The position numbers and the translations under genes are program-made. A stretch of DNA of 64,000 bases from Deltaproteobacteria bacterium HGW-Deltaproteobacteria-19 (lineage in GTDB: Bacteria > Desulfobacterota > Syntrophia > Syntrophales > PHBD01), in contig PHBD01000006.1 in assembly GCA_002841865.1 (NCBI GenBank), positions 112,075-176,074 of the forward strand, given 5' to 3'. Position 1 is the first letter of the stretch. Each line of letters begins with the position of its first letter. The notes under the pieces were generated by a model. It was not told the DNA's origin. It saw nothing but the letters and a program-made list of their open reading frames with translations, and ran no database searches. Below are positions 13,520-22,365 of the stretch, one piece after another.

Positions 13520-15316
13520 TCAGTCCGTGTCGGACTTCAGGACCGCCAGGAAGGCGCTCTGGGGAATGCTGACGTTTCCCACCATCTTCATGCGCTTCTT
13601 GCCTTTTTTCTGCTTCTCCAGGAGCTTCCGCTTCCGTGAGATGTCGCCGCCATAGCATTTGGCCGTGACGTCCTTCCGGAAGGCAGAGATGGTGCTACGG
13701 GAGACGATCTCGCCGCCGATGGCCCCCTGGATGGCGATCTTGAACATCTGCCGGGGGATCTCGTCCTTCAGCCGGTCGCAGGCCTGGACGCCCCGACTAC
13801 GGGCCTTGTCCCGGTGGACGATCTGGGAGAGGGCATCGACTTTTTCCCCGTTCACCAGGATGTCGAGGAGGGCCAGGTTGCTCTCCCGATAGTCGATCAG
13901 GTCGTAATCGAAGGAGCCGTATCCCTGGGTGACCGACTTGAAGCGGTCGTAGAAATCATAAATGACCTCCGCCAGGGGCATTTCGTACGTAAGTTCGGCC
14001 CGTCCCGGGGTGGGGTAGTTCAGGCTCGAATTCACGGCCCGCTTTTCCATGCAGAGCTTCATGACGGCGCCCAGATAGCGTTCCGGGAGCATCATCATGG
14101 CCCGGATGTACGGCTCTTCGGAGCCGGCGATGGAGACGGGATCCGGATAGTGGGACGGGTTGTCCACGTCGACGACCGTCCCATCCCTCAGGGTGAACCG
14201 GTAGCGCACTGAGGGGACCGAAAGGATGATGGAGAGGTCGTATTCCCGCTCCAGGCGCTCCTGGACGACGTCCAGGTGGAGAAGCCCCAGGAATCCGCAT
14301 CGAAATCCCTGCCCCAGGGCGACGGAGGAGTCTTTCTCGTAGACGAACGAGGCGTCGTTGAGCCGGTATTTCTCCAGTGCGACGGCCAGGTCCTCGTAGT
14401 CGTCCGAGGCGATGGGATAGATGGAGGCGAAGACGACGGGCTTGACCTCCTTGAAACCGGGAAGCGGGCCGTCGCAGGGGCGAGCGTCCAGGGTGATCGT
14501 ATCGCCCGTCCGGACGTCGGCGACGGTTTTCACGCCGGCGATGATGTAGCCTACCTCGCCCGCCGAGAGGACGGATCGCTTTTCCCGGTTCAGCAGAAAG
14601 CGCCCGACTTCTTCCACCCGGTAGGTTGTCCCGTTGTACATGAATCGGATTGTGTCACCGCTTTTCACCGCGCCGTCGAAAACCCGGCAGTTGATGACGG
14701 TGCCCCGGAAGGGGTCGTACTTGGCGTCGAAGATCAGGGCCGCAAGGGGGGCCTCGGGATTTCCTCCGGGTGGCGGGATCCGCTCCACGACGGCCTCGAG
14801 AATCGCCTCGATGCCGATGCCCTCCTTGGCGGAACAGCGCAGCGCATGGTCGGGATCCAGTCCCAGCTCGGCATCGATCTGTTCCAGGACGCGCTCTACG
14901 TCGGCCGCGGGCAGGTCGATCTTGTTGATGACCGGAATGATCTCCAGGTTGTGCTCCAGCGCCAGGTACAGGTTGGCCAGGGTCTGGGCCTGGACCCCCT
15001 GGGCCGCGTCGATCAGGAGGAGCACCCCCTCGCAGGAAGCCAGAGAACGGGAGACTTCGTAGGAGAAGTCCACGTGCCCCGGCGTGTCGATCAGGTTGAG
15101 CACATAGTCCCGGCCGTCTTTCGCCCGGTAGGGCAGGGTGATGGCCTGGCTCTTGATCGTGATTCCCCGTTCCCGCTCAATATCCATGTTGTCGAGGATC
15201 TGATCCTGAAAGTTCCGGTCGTCGCAGACGCCGGTATGCTGGATCAGACGGTCCGCAAGAGTGGACTTGCCGTGGTCGATATGGGCGATGATGCTGAAAT
15301 TGCGTATGGTTTCCAT
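13520..15316 (-). CDS. lepA: Elongation factor 4
   Basis: IRNFSIIAHIDHGKSTLADRL, ERGITIK, DTPGHVDF, KCYGGDISRKRKLLEKQK. Confidence 0.98.
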   Translation of the reverse strand: METIRNFSIIAHIDHGKSTLADRLIQHTGVCDDRNFQDQILDNMDIERERGITIKSQAITLPYRAKDGRDYVLNLIDTPGHVDFSYEVSRSLASCEGVLLLIDAAQGVQAQTLANLYLALEHNLEIIPVINKIDLPAADVERVLEQIDAELGLDPDHALRCSAKEGIGIEAILEAVVERIPPPGGNPEAPLAALIFDAKYDPFRGTVINCRVFDGAVKSGDTIRFMYNGTTYRVEEVGRFLLNREKRSVLSAGEVGYIIAGVKTVADVRTGDTITLDARPCDGPLPGFKEVKPVVFASIYPIASDDYEDLAVALEKYRLNDASFVYEKDSSVALGQGFRCGFLGLLHLDVVQERLEREYDLSIILSVPSVRYRFTLRDGTVVDVDNPSHYPDPVSIAGSEEPYIRAMMMLPERYLGAVMKLCMEKRAVNSSLNYPTPGRAELTYEMPLAEVIYDFYDRFKSVTQGYGSFDYDLIDYRESNLALLDILVNGEKVDALSQIVHRDKARSRGVQACDRLKDEIPRQMFKIAIQGAIGGEIVSRSTISAFRKDVTAKCYGGDISRKRKLLEKQKKGKKRMKMVGNVSIPQSAFLAVLKSDTD

Positions 15317-15684
15317 AAACTCCCTTCGAGGCGCCCTTCCTTACTAGACCCGCGGGGTTTTGTCAATGCGTCCGGGAGGTCCGGACGTCTTCCGATCCGG
15401 GAATGCGACAAGACCGTCCTTTTCAATATCGACCCGTTCGGGAACGTCTCCGATACCCGCAGCCACAGAGGGGGAGAGACAGGGAATCAAACCGGAGCGG
15501 CGGAATGAGGTGACCGCTCCCGGGCAGGGCAATGGAGCGGTGTGTAAGTGGGTGGATGCGGCCGGGCGAAATCACGGCCGGCCGCCGACCATCCCGGTTC
15601 GGGACGCGACACGCCTCCCGCCGGTCGCACTTCAGAGTATCCCGGGACGGAATCCCGTCCGCCCGGCGCGGATGGTCTCCGGGA

Positions 15685-16596
15685 TCAGGGCGCCTTCTGA
15701 AAACGCACCGTCATGGGATTCTGCAGTTCAAACTTCAGCCCCTCGACCTTGTGGAACAGTGCCTTCATGTCCGCGAAGGACTCGGGTTTCCCGGCGGTCA
15801 TCTTCTGCATCAGGTCCTTGTTTCCCAGGATCTTTTCGAAATCGAAGTCCATGAGAGTGATCTCCGTACCCTGCCGCCAGGTGGCGTTGGTCTCGATGAT
15901 GGAACCTTCGATCCTGACGGAGACGCTCATCCGCATGCCCTTAAAGAGGGTCTGCATCATCTCGACTGTTTTGGGATCCATGGGTTCCTGGGCGGCAGTC
16001 TCTTTTTTCGCGGCGTCGGGGGATGTTTTCTCCTTGCTCAGGTCCTTTGTTTCCTCGGGCAGGCGGACAGTCAGCAGGGCCGGGGAGCCGGCAGCCGCCT
16101 TGGCGAACTCAAAACGGATGGCGTCATCTCTCTTCGCTTTTTCTGCCGGTTTGCCTTTCGGGGCGGTGTCTTCGTGTTTCTTTTCCTTGCCGATCCGGAT
16201 CTGGCGGACATCGTCGAAGGCGTAAACGGCGCGGTAGCCCGCGGCGGACTCCGTCTTCTCCGGTACGACCGAAACGAACCGGACACCGGTGCCGAACTGG
16301 GGCGATTTCTCCCTGGCCTCCTTTATCATCTTGGCGATCTCGTCCGGCTTCTCGGGCTTTGTCCCCTTCCGGCCGTCCTTTTTCGGGGTAGCGTCGGGCG
16401 TCTCCTCCTGGCCCTCCTTCTCTGCCGCATTGGTCATGCTCTCCATGAATTCCTTGACGGTATTGGAGATGAGGAGCTTTTCCTCGATGGTTCCGGTTCC
16501 GTCGGGAAGAACGGAGATCCGGATGTCATCCTGAATGCATGCCTGCAGAAGCAGGGGCAACATGGCGATGAAACCGGCGATGAGCAAGCGTTTCAT
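15685..16596 (-). CDS. Putative lipoprotein
   Basis: Signal peptide MKRLLIAGFIAMLPLLLQA-C (lipobox). GGAGG RBS before ATG at 16596. Confidence 0.75.
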   Translation of the reverse strand: MKRLLIAGFIAMLPLLLQACIQDDIRISVLPDGTGTIEEKLLISNTVKEFMESMTNAAEKEGQEETPDATPKKDGRKGTKPEKPDEIAKMIKEAREKSPQFGTGVRFVSVVPEKTESAAGYRAVYAFDDVRQIRIGKEKKHEDTAPKGKPAEKAKRDDAIRFEFAKAAAGSPALLTVRLPEETKDLSKEKTSPDAAKKETAAQEPMDPKTVEMMQTLFKGMRMSVSVRIEGSIIETNATWRQGTEITLMDFDFEKILGNKDLMQKMTAGKPESFADMKALFHKVEGLKFELQNPMTVRFQKAP

Positions 16597-16669
16597 GGAT
16601 CCTCCCGGAACCTGCGGCATTTCCCTCAAGGGATTTCCGTTCTTTTCACCACAAAACCATCGTGCGGGC

Positions 16670-16707
16670 AAGAAAAGAAACGGCCCCCCCGGGAACCAGG
16701 AGGGCCG
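16670..16707 (-). terminator. Probable terminator after adk
   Basis: Minus strand CGGCCCTCCTGG-TTC-CCGGGGGGGCCG followed by TTTCTTTTCTT. Confidence 0.65.
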
Positions 16708-16764
16708 CTGTTTCTGCACGTTCGGGTGTTGCGCATCGAGGCGGCCCGTCGGGCCGTGTGCGAA

Positions 16765-17439
16765 TCAGCTCAGCTTTTTGAGCAGGTCTTCGGAGACTTC
16801 CTTGACGCCGGCCGTTCCATCCACTTCGATGACCTTGACGCGCTCCTTGAAATAGTTCACCGCCGCCAGGGAGCCGGTCTTCGTGTCGTAGTAGATGCCG
16901 TGACGCTTGTCGATGGCGTCCTCGTCCTGGTCATCGGCCCGGGCCGTCAGGGTCTCGCAGCCGCAGACCCGGCACACCGGCTTGCCGTCTTTTTCCGCCG
17001 GCTTGATCGCGTCGATGAAGATGTTGTTGGGATGGTTGTTGTCATTGGCGCAGAGCCTCCGGCCCATGATGCGCTGTTTGGCGATCTTCCGGTCCAGGAG
17101 GATCTCGATGACGAAGTCGAGCTTCATGCCCGCCGCCTGCAGGGCCTTCCAGAGGGCCTCTGCCTGGGCCAGGTTTCTCGGGAAGCCGTCCAGCAGCCAG
17201 CCCTTCTTGCAGTCGTCTTCCTGCAGCCGGCTCAGGATCATGGGAACGGTGATCTCGTCGGGGACCAGTTCGCCCTTGTCGATGAAGGCCTTCGCCTTCA
17301 TGCCCAACTCCGTTCCCCCCTTGATGTTCTGGCGGAAGATGACGCCTGTCTCGATGTGGGGCACGCCAAACTTCTTCTGGACGATGGCGCCCTGGGTGCC
17401 CTTGCCGCTGCCGTTGGGTCCGAAAATAAGAATGTTCAT
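16765..17439 (-). CDS. adk: Adenylate kinase with a metal-binding LID
   Basis: GPNGSGKGTQ, LLDGFPRN, RADD. LID C-X5-H...CxxC as in Desulfovibrio enzymes. Confidence 0.96.
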   Translation of the reverse strand: MNILIFGPNGSGKGTQGAIVQKKFGVPHIETGVIFRQNIKGGTELGMKAKAFIDKGELVPDEITVPMILSRLQEDDCKKGWLLDGFPRNLAQAEALWKALQAAGMKLDFVIEILLDRKIAKQRIMGRRLCANDNNHPNNIFIDAIKPAEKDGKPVCRVCGCETLTARADDQDEDAIDKRHGIYYDTKTGSLAAVNYFKERVKVIEVDGTAGVKEVSEDLLKKLS

Positions 17440-17549
17440 GCGTGAACTCCTTTCGTCTTTATGAGACCCCGGAACGCCGCCGGCTCCGACTCGCGGCGTC
17501 GGTTTTTTTTCGGTTGGGCTTCTCCGGAGGGACTCTGCGGTGCGCGAGC

Positions 17550-17578
17550 CTTATAACCAATCCGGGTCAACTTGGCAA
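17550..17578 (-). promoter_or_regulatory. Sigma70-type promoter for adk
   Basis: Minus strand TTGCCA-17 nt-TATAAG. Confidence 0.55.
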
Positions 17579-17585
17579 CGTGAAA

Positions 17586-17604
17586 ATGCGGCGGACCGCC
17601 GCAT
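17586..17604 (-). promoter_or_regulatory. Candidate bacterial SECIS hairpin
   Basis: ATGCGGCG-GTC-CGCCGCAT begins 14 nt after the in-frame TGA at 17618-17620. Apical GGUC. Confidence 0.55.
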
Positions 17605-17608
17605 CGGC

Positions 17609-17809
17609 TCAGTGGCCTCAGCCGGGACTGCAGGAGGTTGCGGCGCAGGAAGAGCACCCCGATTTTCCACCGGCGAAGGCCGACATCAGCTTGTGGATTT
17701 TCTTCGACCGGCAGGACGGGCAGGCGAGGTCCGAGTCCCTGTCGCTCGACCGGACCAGGAGTTCAAAGCGATCTTTGCATTTTTTGCATTCGTATTCGTA
17801 GATGGGCAT
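17609..17809 (-). CDS. FmdB-family zinc-ribbon protein, probable selenoprotein (ends at 17618 if TGA is a stop)
   Basis: MPIYEYECKKC...CPSC...GCSSCAATSCSPG-TGA-GH-TGA. Confidence 0.85.
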
Positions 17810-17888
17810 GGTGTTTCTGGTTTTCCTTCGGATTTCCCCCGTCCGCCGGGATCGATTACAACGGATCCGAACGCCGGGAGATGGTGGC

Positions 17889-17917
17889 AATGTAGGGCAG
17901 GGACCGCGAAATGTCAA
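17889..17917 (-). promoter_or_regulatory. Sigma70-type promoter for the FmdB-family gene
   Basis: Minus strand TTGACA-17 nt-TACATT. Confidence 0.65.
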
Positions 17918-17990
17918 GAATTCCGAGTCACGGCGACGTGTTCCATCACGCTTCTGTTGAGGCGGTTCCCTGCAATGCGGCACCCCCGCG

Positions 17991-18019
17991 TTGACGCCGC
18001 CCGGCCCCTGTGGTACAAA
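17991..18019 (+). promoter_or_regulatory. Sigma70-type promoter for the aminotransferase
   Basis: TTGACG-17 nt-TACAAA. Confidence 0.55.
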
Positions 18020-18081
18020 GCTCCCGGCGCCGCCCGGCGTCGGGCCGACAAGCCGGGCAAACACCCGCCAGGAGGCGTTTC

Positions 18082-19263
18082 ATGGCCATTTCCCGGAAGA
18101 TCCAATCCTTCATTTCCCAGTCTTCCTGGATCCGCAGGATGTTCGAGGAGGGTGTCCGCCTCAGGCAGATCCATGGCGCCGAAAACGTCTTCGACTTCAG
18201 CCTCGGGAACCCGAACGTGGACCCCCCGGCGGTCTTCAAGGAAGAACTGCGGAGGCTGGCGGCCGTGGAAATCGAGGGGATGCACGGCTACATGCCCAAC
18301 GCCGGCTACCCGGATACCCGCCGGGCCGTGGCGGACCATCTCTCCGGGATTCACGGCGTCGCCCTGACGGCGGATCACCTCGTCATGACCTGCGGGGCCG
18401 GCGGTGCACTCAACGTTATCCTGAAGTCGCTCCTGGATCCGGGGGACGAGGTTGTCGTCCCGACCCCCTTCTTCGTGGAGTATCGCTTTTACGCGGACAA
18501 TGCCGGCGGAGTCCTGAAACTCGTTCCGACGAAGCCGGACTTTTCCCTCGACCTGGAAGCCCTGTCCGGGGCCATCTCGGACAAGACGAAAGTCGTCCTC
18601 ATCAATTCGCCCAACAACCCGACCGGCCGCGTTTACGACGACGCCTCCATCGGGGCGCTCGCGAAAATCCTGGCGGAGAAAAGCCGGGACCTGGGGAGGC
18701 CGATCTACCTGGTATCCGACGAGCCCTATCGGGAACTCGTGTACGACGGCGTAAAGGTTCCCAGCATTCTTGCGGCCTACGGAAACAGTCTCGTGGCTTC
18801 TTCCTACTCGAAGAACCTGTCCCTGCCGGGGGAACGGATCGGCTACATCGCCGTCAACCCCTCCGCCGAGCCGATGGAGGATCTCCTGGGAGCCCTGGTC
18901 CTGTGCAACCGCATCCTCGGTTTCGTCAACGCGCCGGCCCTGATGCAGCGGGTGATCAGCCGTCTCCAGGGAGTCCAGGTGGACGCGGGAATCTACCAGA
19001 GAAAGCGGGATCTCCTGTATGAGGGGCTCGTCAATGCCGGCTACGACGTAACGAAGCCGGAGGGTGCCTTCTATCTCTTTCCGCGCAGCCCCATCGAGGA
19101 TGACGTGGCCTTCGTCCGGGCCCTGCAGGAGAAGAGGATCCTGACGGTTCCGGGAAGCGGATTCGGTGGTCCCGGGCATTTTCGCATCGCCTACTGCGTC
19201 GACGACCGGACCATCCTGGGAGCCTTGGACGGTTTCGCCGAGGTCCGGCGCGCCTACCGCTGA
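18082..19263 (+). CDS. PLP-dependent class I/II aminotransferase (aspartate aminotransferase-like)
   Basis: FSLGNP, INSPNNPTG, SDEPY, SYSKNLSLPGERIGY. AGGAGG RBS. Confidence 0.92.
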   Translation: MAISRKIQSFISQSSWIRRMFEEGVRLRQIHGAENVFDFSLGNPNVDPPAVFKEELRRLAAVEIEGMHGYMPNAGYPDTRRAVADHLSGIHGVALTADHLVMTCGAGGALNVILKSLLDPGDEVVVPTPFFVEYRFYADNAGGVLKLVPTKPDFSLDLEALSGAISDKTKVVLINSPNNPTGRVYDDASIGALAKILAEKSRDLGRPIYLVSDEPYRELVYDGVKVPSILAAYGNSLVASSYSKNLSLPGERIGYIAVNPSAEPMEDLLGALVLCNRILGFVNAPALMQRVISRLQGVQVDAGIYQRKRDLLYEGLVNAGYDVTKPEGAFYLFPRSPIEDDVAFVRALQEKRILTVPGSGFGGPGHFRIAYCVDDRTILGALDGFAEVRRAYR

Positions 19264-19394
19264 AAAAATCCGGGAGCGGCTTTCTCCGTCGCTCCCGGAT
19301 ACAACAACCCCCCGACTTCCTTTTAAAAGAACCCCCTTTCGTTGCCCGGGAGGGGGGATCGCTCCTTCCAGATCTCCCATTTTCCCCTTGATTG

Positions 19395-19442
19395 CACCAA
19401 TATGTAGTGGTAAAAGAGAGCCTCTACCCCAATATGTTGGGT
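19395..19442 (+). promoter_or_regulatory. Tandem NrdR boxes
   Basis: CACCAATATGTAGTGG (19395-19410) and CCCCAATATGTTGGGT (19427-19442) match acaCwAtATaTwGtgt. Starts are 32 bp apart, upstream of nrdD. Confidence 0.9.
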
Positions 19443-19495
19443 AATTCATCGTCGTCTTAATAATCGGTTCATACAAGAAAGCGGAGGGAATTTCC

Positions 19496-21586
19496 ATGCG
19501 TGGAAAGATCAGGAAACGGGACGGGCGGCTCGTCAAGTTCAACGCCGAGAAGATTACGAACGCCATCGCCAGGGCCGGGGAGGCGACGGGGGAATTCGAC
19601 GAGAAGGCCGCCCGCAAGCTCACCATCCGGGTCCTCAACCTGGCGGAAAAACTCTACAACGGCAACATCATGACCGTGGAGGATGCCCAGGACATCGTTG
19701 AGGAAGTGCTCCTCGATTCCTCCTATCGCAAAACCGCCAAGGCCTACATCATCTACCGGGAGCAGCACGCCCGGTTGCGGGAAATCGCCCAGAAGATGGA
19801 GGTGGACCTGGTTGACCAGTACCTGAAAAAGAAGGACTGGAAGATAAACGAAAACAGCAACATGGACTATTCCCTCCAGGGGCTCAACAACTACATATCC
19901 TCGGAGGTGAGCAAGGTCTACTGGCTGAACGAGATCTATTCCCCGGAGATCCGCAAGGCCCACTCGGACGGGGATTTTCACATCCACGACCTCTCCCTCC
20001 TGTCGGTCTACTGCGTCGGCTGGGACCTCTACGACCTGCTTCTGGAAGGTTTCCGCGGCGTCTCCGGGAAAGTGGAGAGCAGGCCCGCCAAGCATCTCCG
20101 GAGCGCCTTGGGACAGATCGTCAACTTTTTCTATACCCTCCAGGGCGAGGCGGCGGGCGCCCAGGCTTTTTCCAATTTCGACACCCTGCTGGCACCCTTC
20201 ATCCGCTACGATGGTCTCGAATACATCGAGATCAAGCAGGCCCTCCAGGAATTCATCTTCAACATCAACGTTCCGACCCGGGTCGGCTTCCAGACGCCCT
20301 TCACGAACGTCACCCTCGACGTGACGGTGCCCCGGTATTACGCGGAGCAGTCCGTCATCATCGGCGGCCAGCCCCAGAAAGAGGTTTACGGGGAGTTTCA
20401 GAAGGAAATGAATCTCTTCAACCGCGCCTTCCTCGAGGTGATGGCGGAAGGGGACGCGAAGGGAAGGGTATTCACGTTTCCCATCCCGACCTACAACGTC
20501 ACCAAGAATTTCAACTGGGAAGACCCGAACCTCGCCAGCCTCTGGGAGATGACGGCCAAGTACGGCGTTCCCTACTTCTCCAATTTCATCAACTCCGACA
20601 TGAATCCGGAGGATGCCCGGAGCATGTGCTGCCGGCTCCGCATCGACAACCGCGAGCTGGAAAAGCGGGGTGGCGGGCTGTTCGGCTCCAACCCCCTGAC
20701 GGGCTCCATCGGCGTCATCACCATCAACATGCCCCGGATCGGCTACCTGTCCAAGTCGGAGGACGAGTACCTCCAGCACCTGGAGCGGCTGATGAGCGTC
20801 GCCCGGGAGAGCCTGGAGACGAAGCGCAAGGTCCTGGAGAAGTTTACCGATGGAAACCTGTACCCCTACACGAGGCACTACCTGCGGAAGATCAAGGAGC
20901 GTTTCGGCGAATACTGGAAGAACCACTTTTCCACCATCGGACTGGTGGGGATGAACGAGGCGTGCCAGAATCTGCTGGGAGAGAACCTGGGCAGCCCCGA
21001 GGGCCAGCGGTTCACGAAGAAGGTTCTCGACTTCATGCGGGACCGGCTGGTTCACTTCCAGCGCCAGACGGGAAACAACTACAACCTGGAATCGACCCCT
21101 GCCGAGGGGACCAGTTACCGGTTGGCCAAGATCGACAAGGGAAAATATCCCGAGATCCTCTGCGCCAACGAGCACCACGTCCGGGACGAGAAGGCGGAGC
21201 CCTTCTACACAAATTCGACCCAGCTGCCGGTGAATTACACCGACGACATCTTCGAGGCCCTGGACCTGCAGGACGAGATCCAGTCGAAGTATACCGGGGG
21301 CACTGTCTTCCATACGTTTGCCGGCGAGCGCGTCGACGATCCGGAGGCGGTCAAAAGCCTTGTCCGGAAGGTCTGCACCCGTTATCACCTTCCGTACATG
21401 ACCTTTACACCCACCTTCAGCATCTGCCCATCCCACGGATACCTGAAGGGGGAACAGGAAGAATGCCCGGAGTGCCAGTCGCCCTGCGAGATCTATTCGC
21501 GGGTGGTGGGATACCTGCGGCCGGTCCAGCAGTGGAACAAGGGAAAGCAGGCGGAATTCGAGCTGAGAAGGGAATACGGGTTCTGA
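19496..21586 (+). CDS. nrdD: Anaerobic (class III) ribonucleoside-triphosphate reductase with ATP cone
   Basis: N-terminal KIRKRDGRLVKF ATP cone, HIHDL, SMCCRL, C-terminal CxxH..CxxC, glycyl-radical loop YSRVVGYL. Confidence 0.96.
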   Translation: MRGKIRKRDGRLVKFNAEKITNAIARAGEATGEFDEKAARKLTIRVLNLAEKLYNGNIMTVEDAQDIVEEVLLDSSYRKTAKAYIIYREQHARLREIAQKMEVDLVDQYLKKKDWKINENSNMDYSLQGLNNYISSEVSKVYWLNEIYSPEIRKAHSDGDFHIHDLSLLSVYCVGWDLYDLLLEGFRGVSGKVESRPAKHLRSALGQIVNFFYTLQGEAAGAQAFSNFDTLLAPFIRYDGLEYIEIKQALQEFIFNINVPTRVGFQTPFTNVTLDVTVPRYYAEQSVIIGGQPQKEVYGEFQKEMNLFNRAFLEVMAEGDAKGRVFTFPIPTYNVTKNFNWEDPNLASLWEMTAKYGVPYFSNFINSDMNPEDARSMCCRLRIDNRELEKRGGGLFGSNPLTGSIGVITINMPRIGYLSKSEDEYLQHLERLMSVARESLETKRKVLEKFTDGNLYPYTRHYLRKIKERFGEYWKNHFSTIGLVGMNEACQNLLGENLGSPEGQRFTKKVLDFMRDRLVHFQRQTGNNYNLESTPAEGTSYRLAKIDKGKYPEILCANEHHVRDEKAEPFYTNSTQLPVNYTDDIFEALDLQDEIQSKYTGGTVFHTFAGERVDDPEAVKSLVRKVCTRYHLPYMTFTPTFSICPSHGYLKGEQEECPECQSPCEIYSRVVGYLRPVQQWNKGKQAEFELRREYGF

Positions 21587-21617
21587 ACCGGTGAATGCGG
21601 GATGTAGCGCTCTCAAA

Positions 21618-22304
21618 ATGAAAATCGGCGGTTTTCAGAAGGTTTCCCTGATCGATTATCCCGGGCGGGTCTGCGCCGTGGTCTTCACCCAGGGGTGCAA
21701 CTTCCGCTGCCCCTTCTGCCACAACCCGGAGCTGGTCGATCCCGGACGGTTTGAACCACTCCTGGACGAGGCGGAGATCCTTGCCTTCCTGGAAAAACGG
21801 CGGGGCAAGCTGGACGGCGTTTCCATCACCGGCGGCGAGCCGACGCTCCAGCCGGACCTGGCGGCGTTTGCCGGTCGGCTGAAAAAGATGGAGTTCCTGG
21901 TGAAGATCGACTCCAACGGCTCCCGGCCGGATGTCCTGAAGGAGCTGGTCGAGCGGCGACTCGTCGATTATCTGGCCATGGACATCAAGGGTCCCCTGAA
22001 AAAATATGATACCCTGACGGGCGTCGGAAACAGCGGCCGGGAGATCCGGGAAAGCATCGCCCTCATCGTGGCCTCCGGTCTTCCCTGCGAGTTCCGGACA
22101 ACGGTAGTCCCCTCCCTTCTGGCGGAACGGGATTTCCGGGAGATCGGGAAACTCGTGGAGAACGCCCCCCGTTTTGTGTTACAGAGGTACGCACGAACGA
22201 AGCAGCTTGATTCCGCCGTTCCTCCTCCCGGAGCTGAACCACCGGACCTGGAGAAATGCGCGGAGATCATGAGGCAGCATGTATCCCAGGTCCGGATCCG
22301 TTGA
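21618..22304 (+). CDS. nrdG: Class III RNR activating radical SAM protein
   Basis: SLIDYPG, GCNFRCPFCHN, ITGGEPTL. Adjacent to nrdD. Confidence 0.93.
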   Translation: MKIGGFQKVSLIDYPGRVCAVVFTQGCNFRCPFCHNPELVDPGRFEPLLDEAEILAFLEKRRGKLDGVSITGGEPTLQPDLAAFAGRLKKMEFLVKIDSNGSRPDVLKELVERRLVDYLAMDIKGPLKKYDTLTGVGNSGREIRESIALIVASGLPCEFRTTVVPSLLAERDFREIGKLVENAPRFVLQRYARTKQLDSAVPPPGAEPPDLEKCAEIMRQHVSQVRIR

Positions 22305-22365
22305 GTTCCGGTTCCGCCCCACCGAGTCGGCCGGTGGCGCCGACAATGCCCGTTGAGGTTTTCCC

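Noticed and set aside
15317-15684. 370-bp intergenic region with several GC-rich hairpins as a possible ncRNA
   Set aside because: No recognisable RNA family motif; only a TTGACA (15361-15366, minus strand) probably belonging to the lepA promoter.
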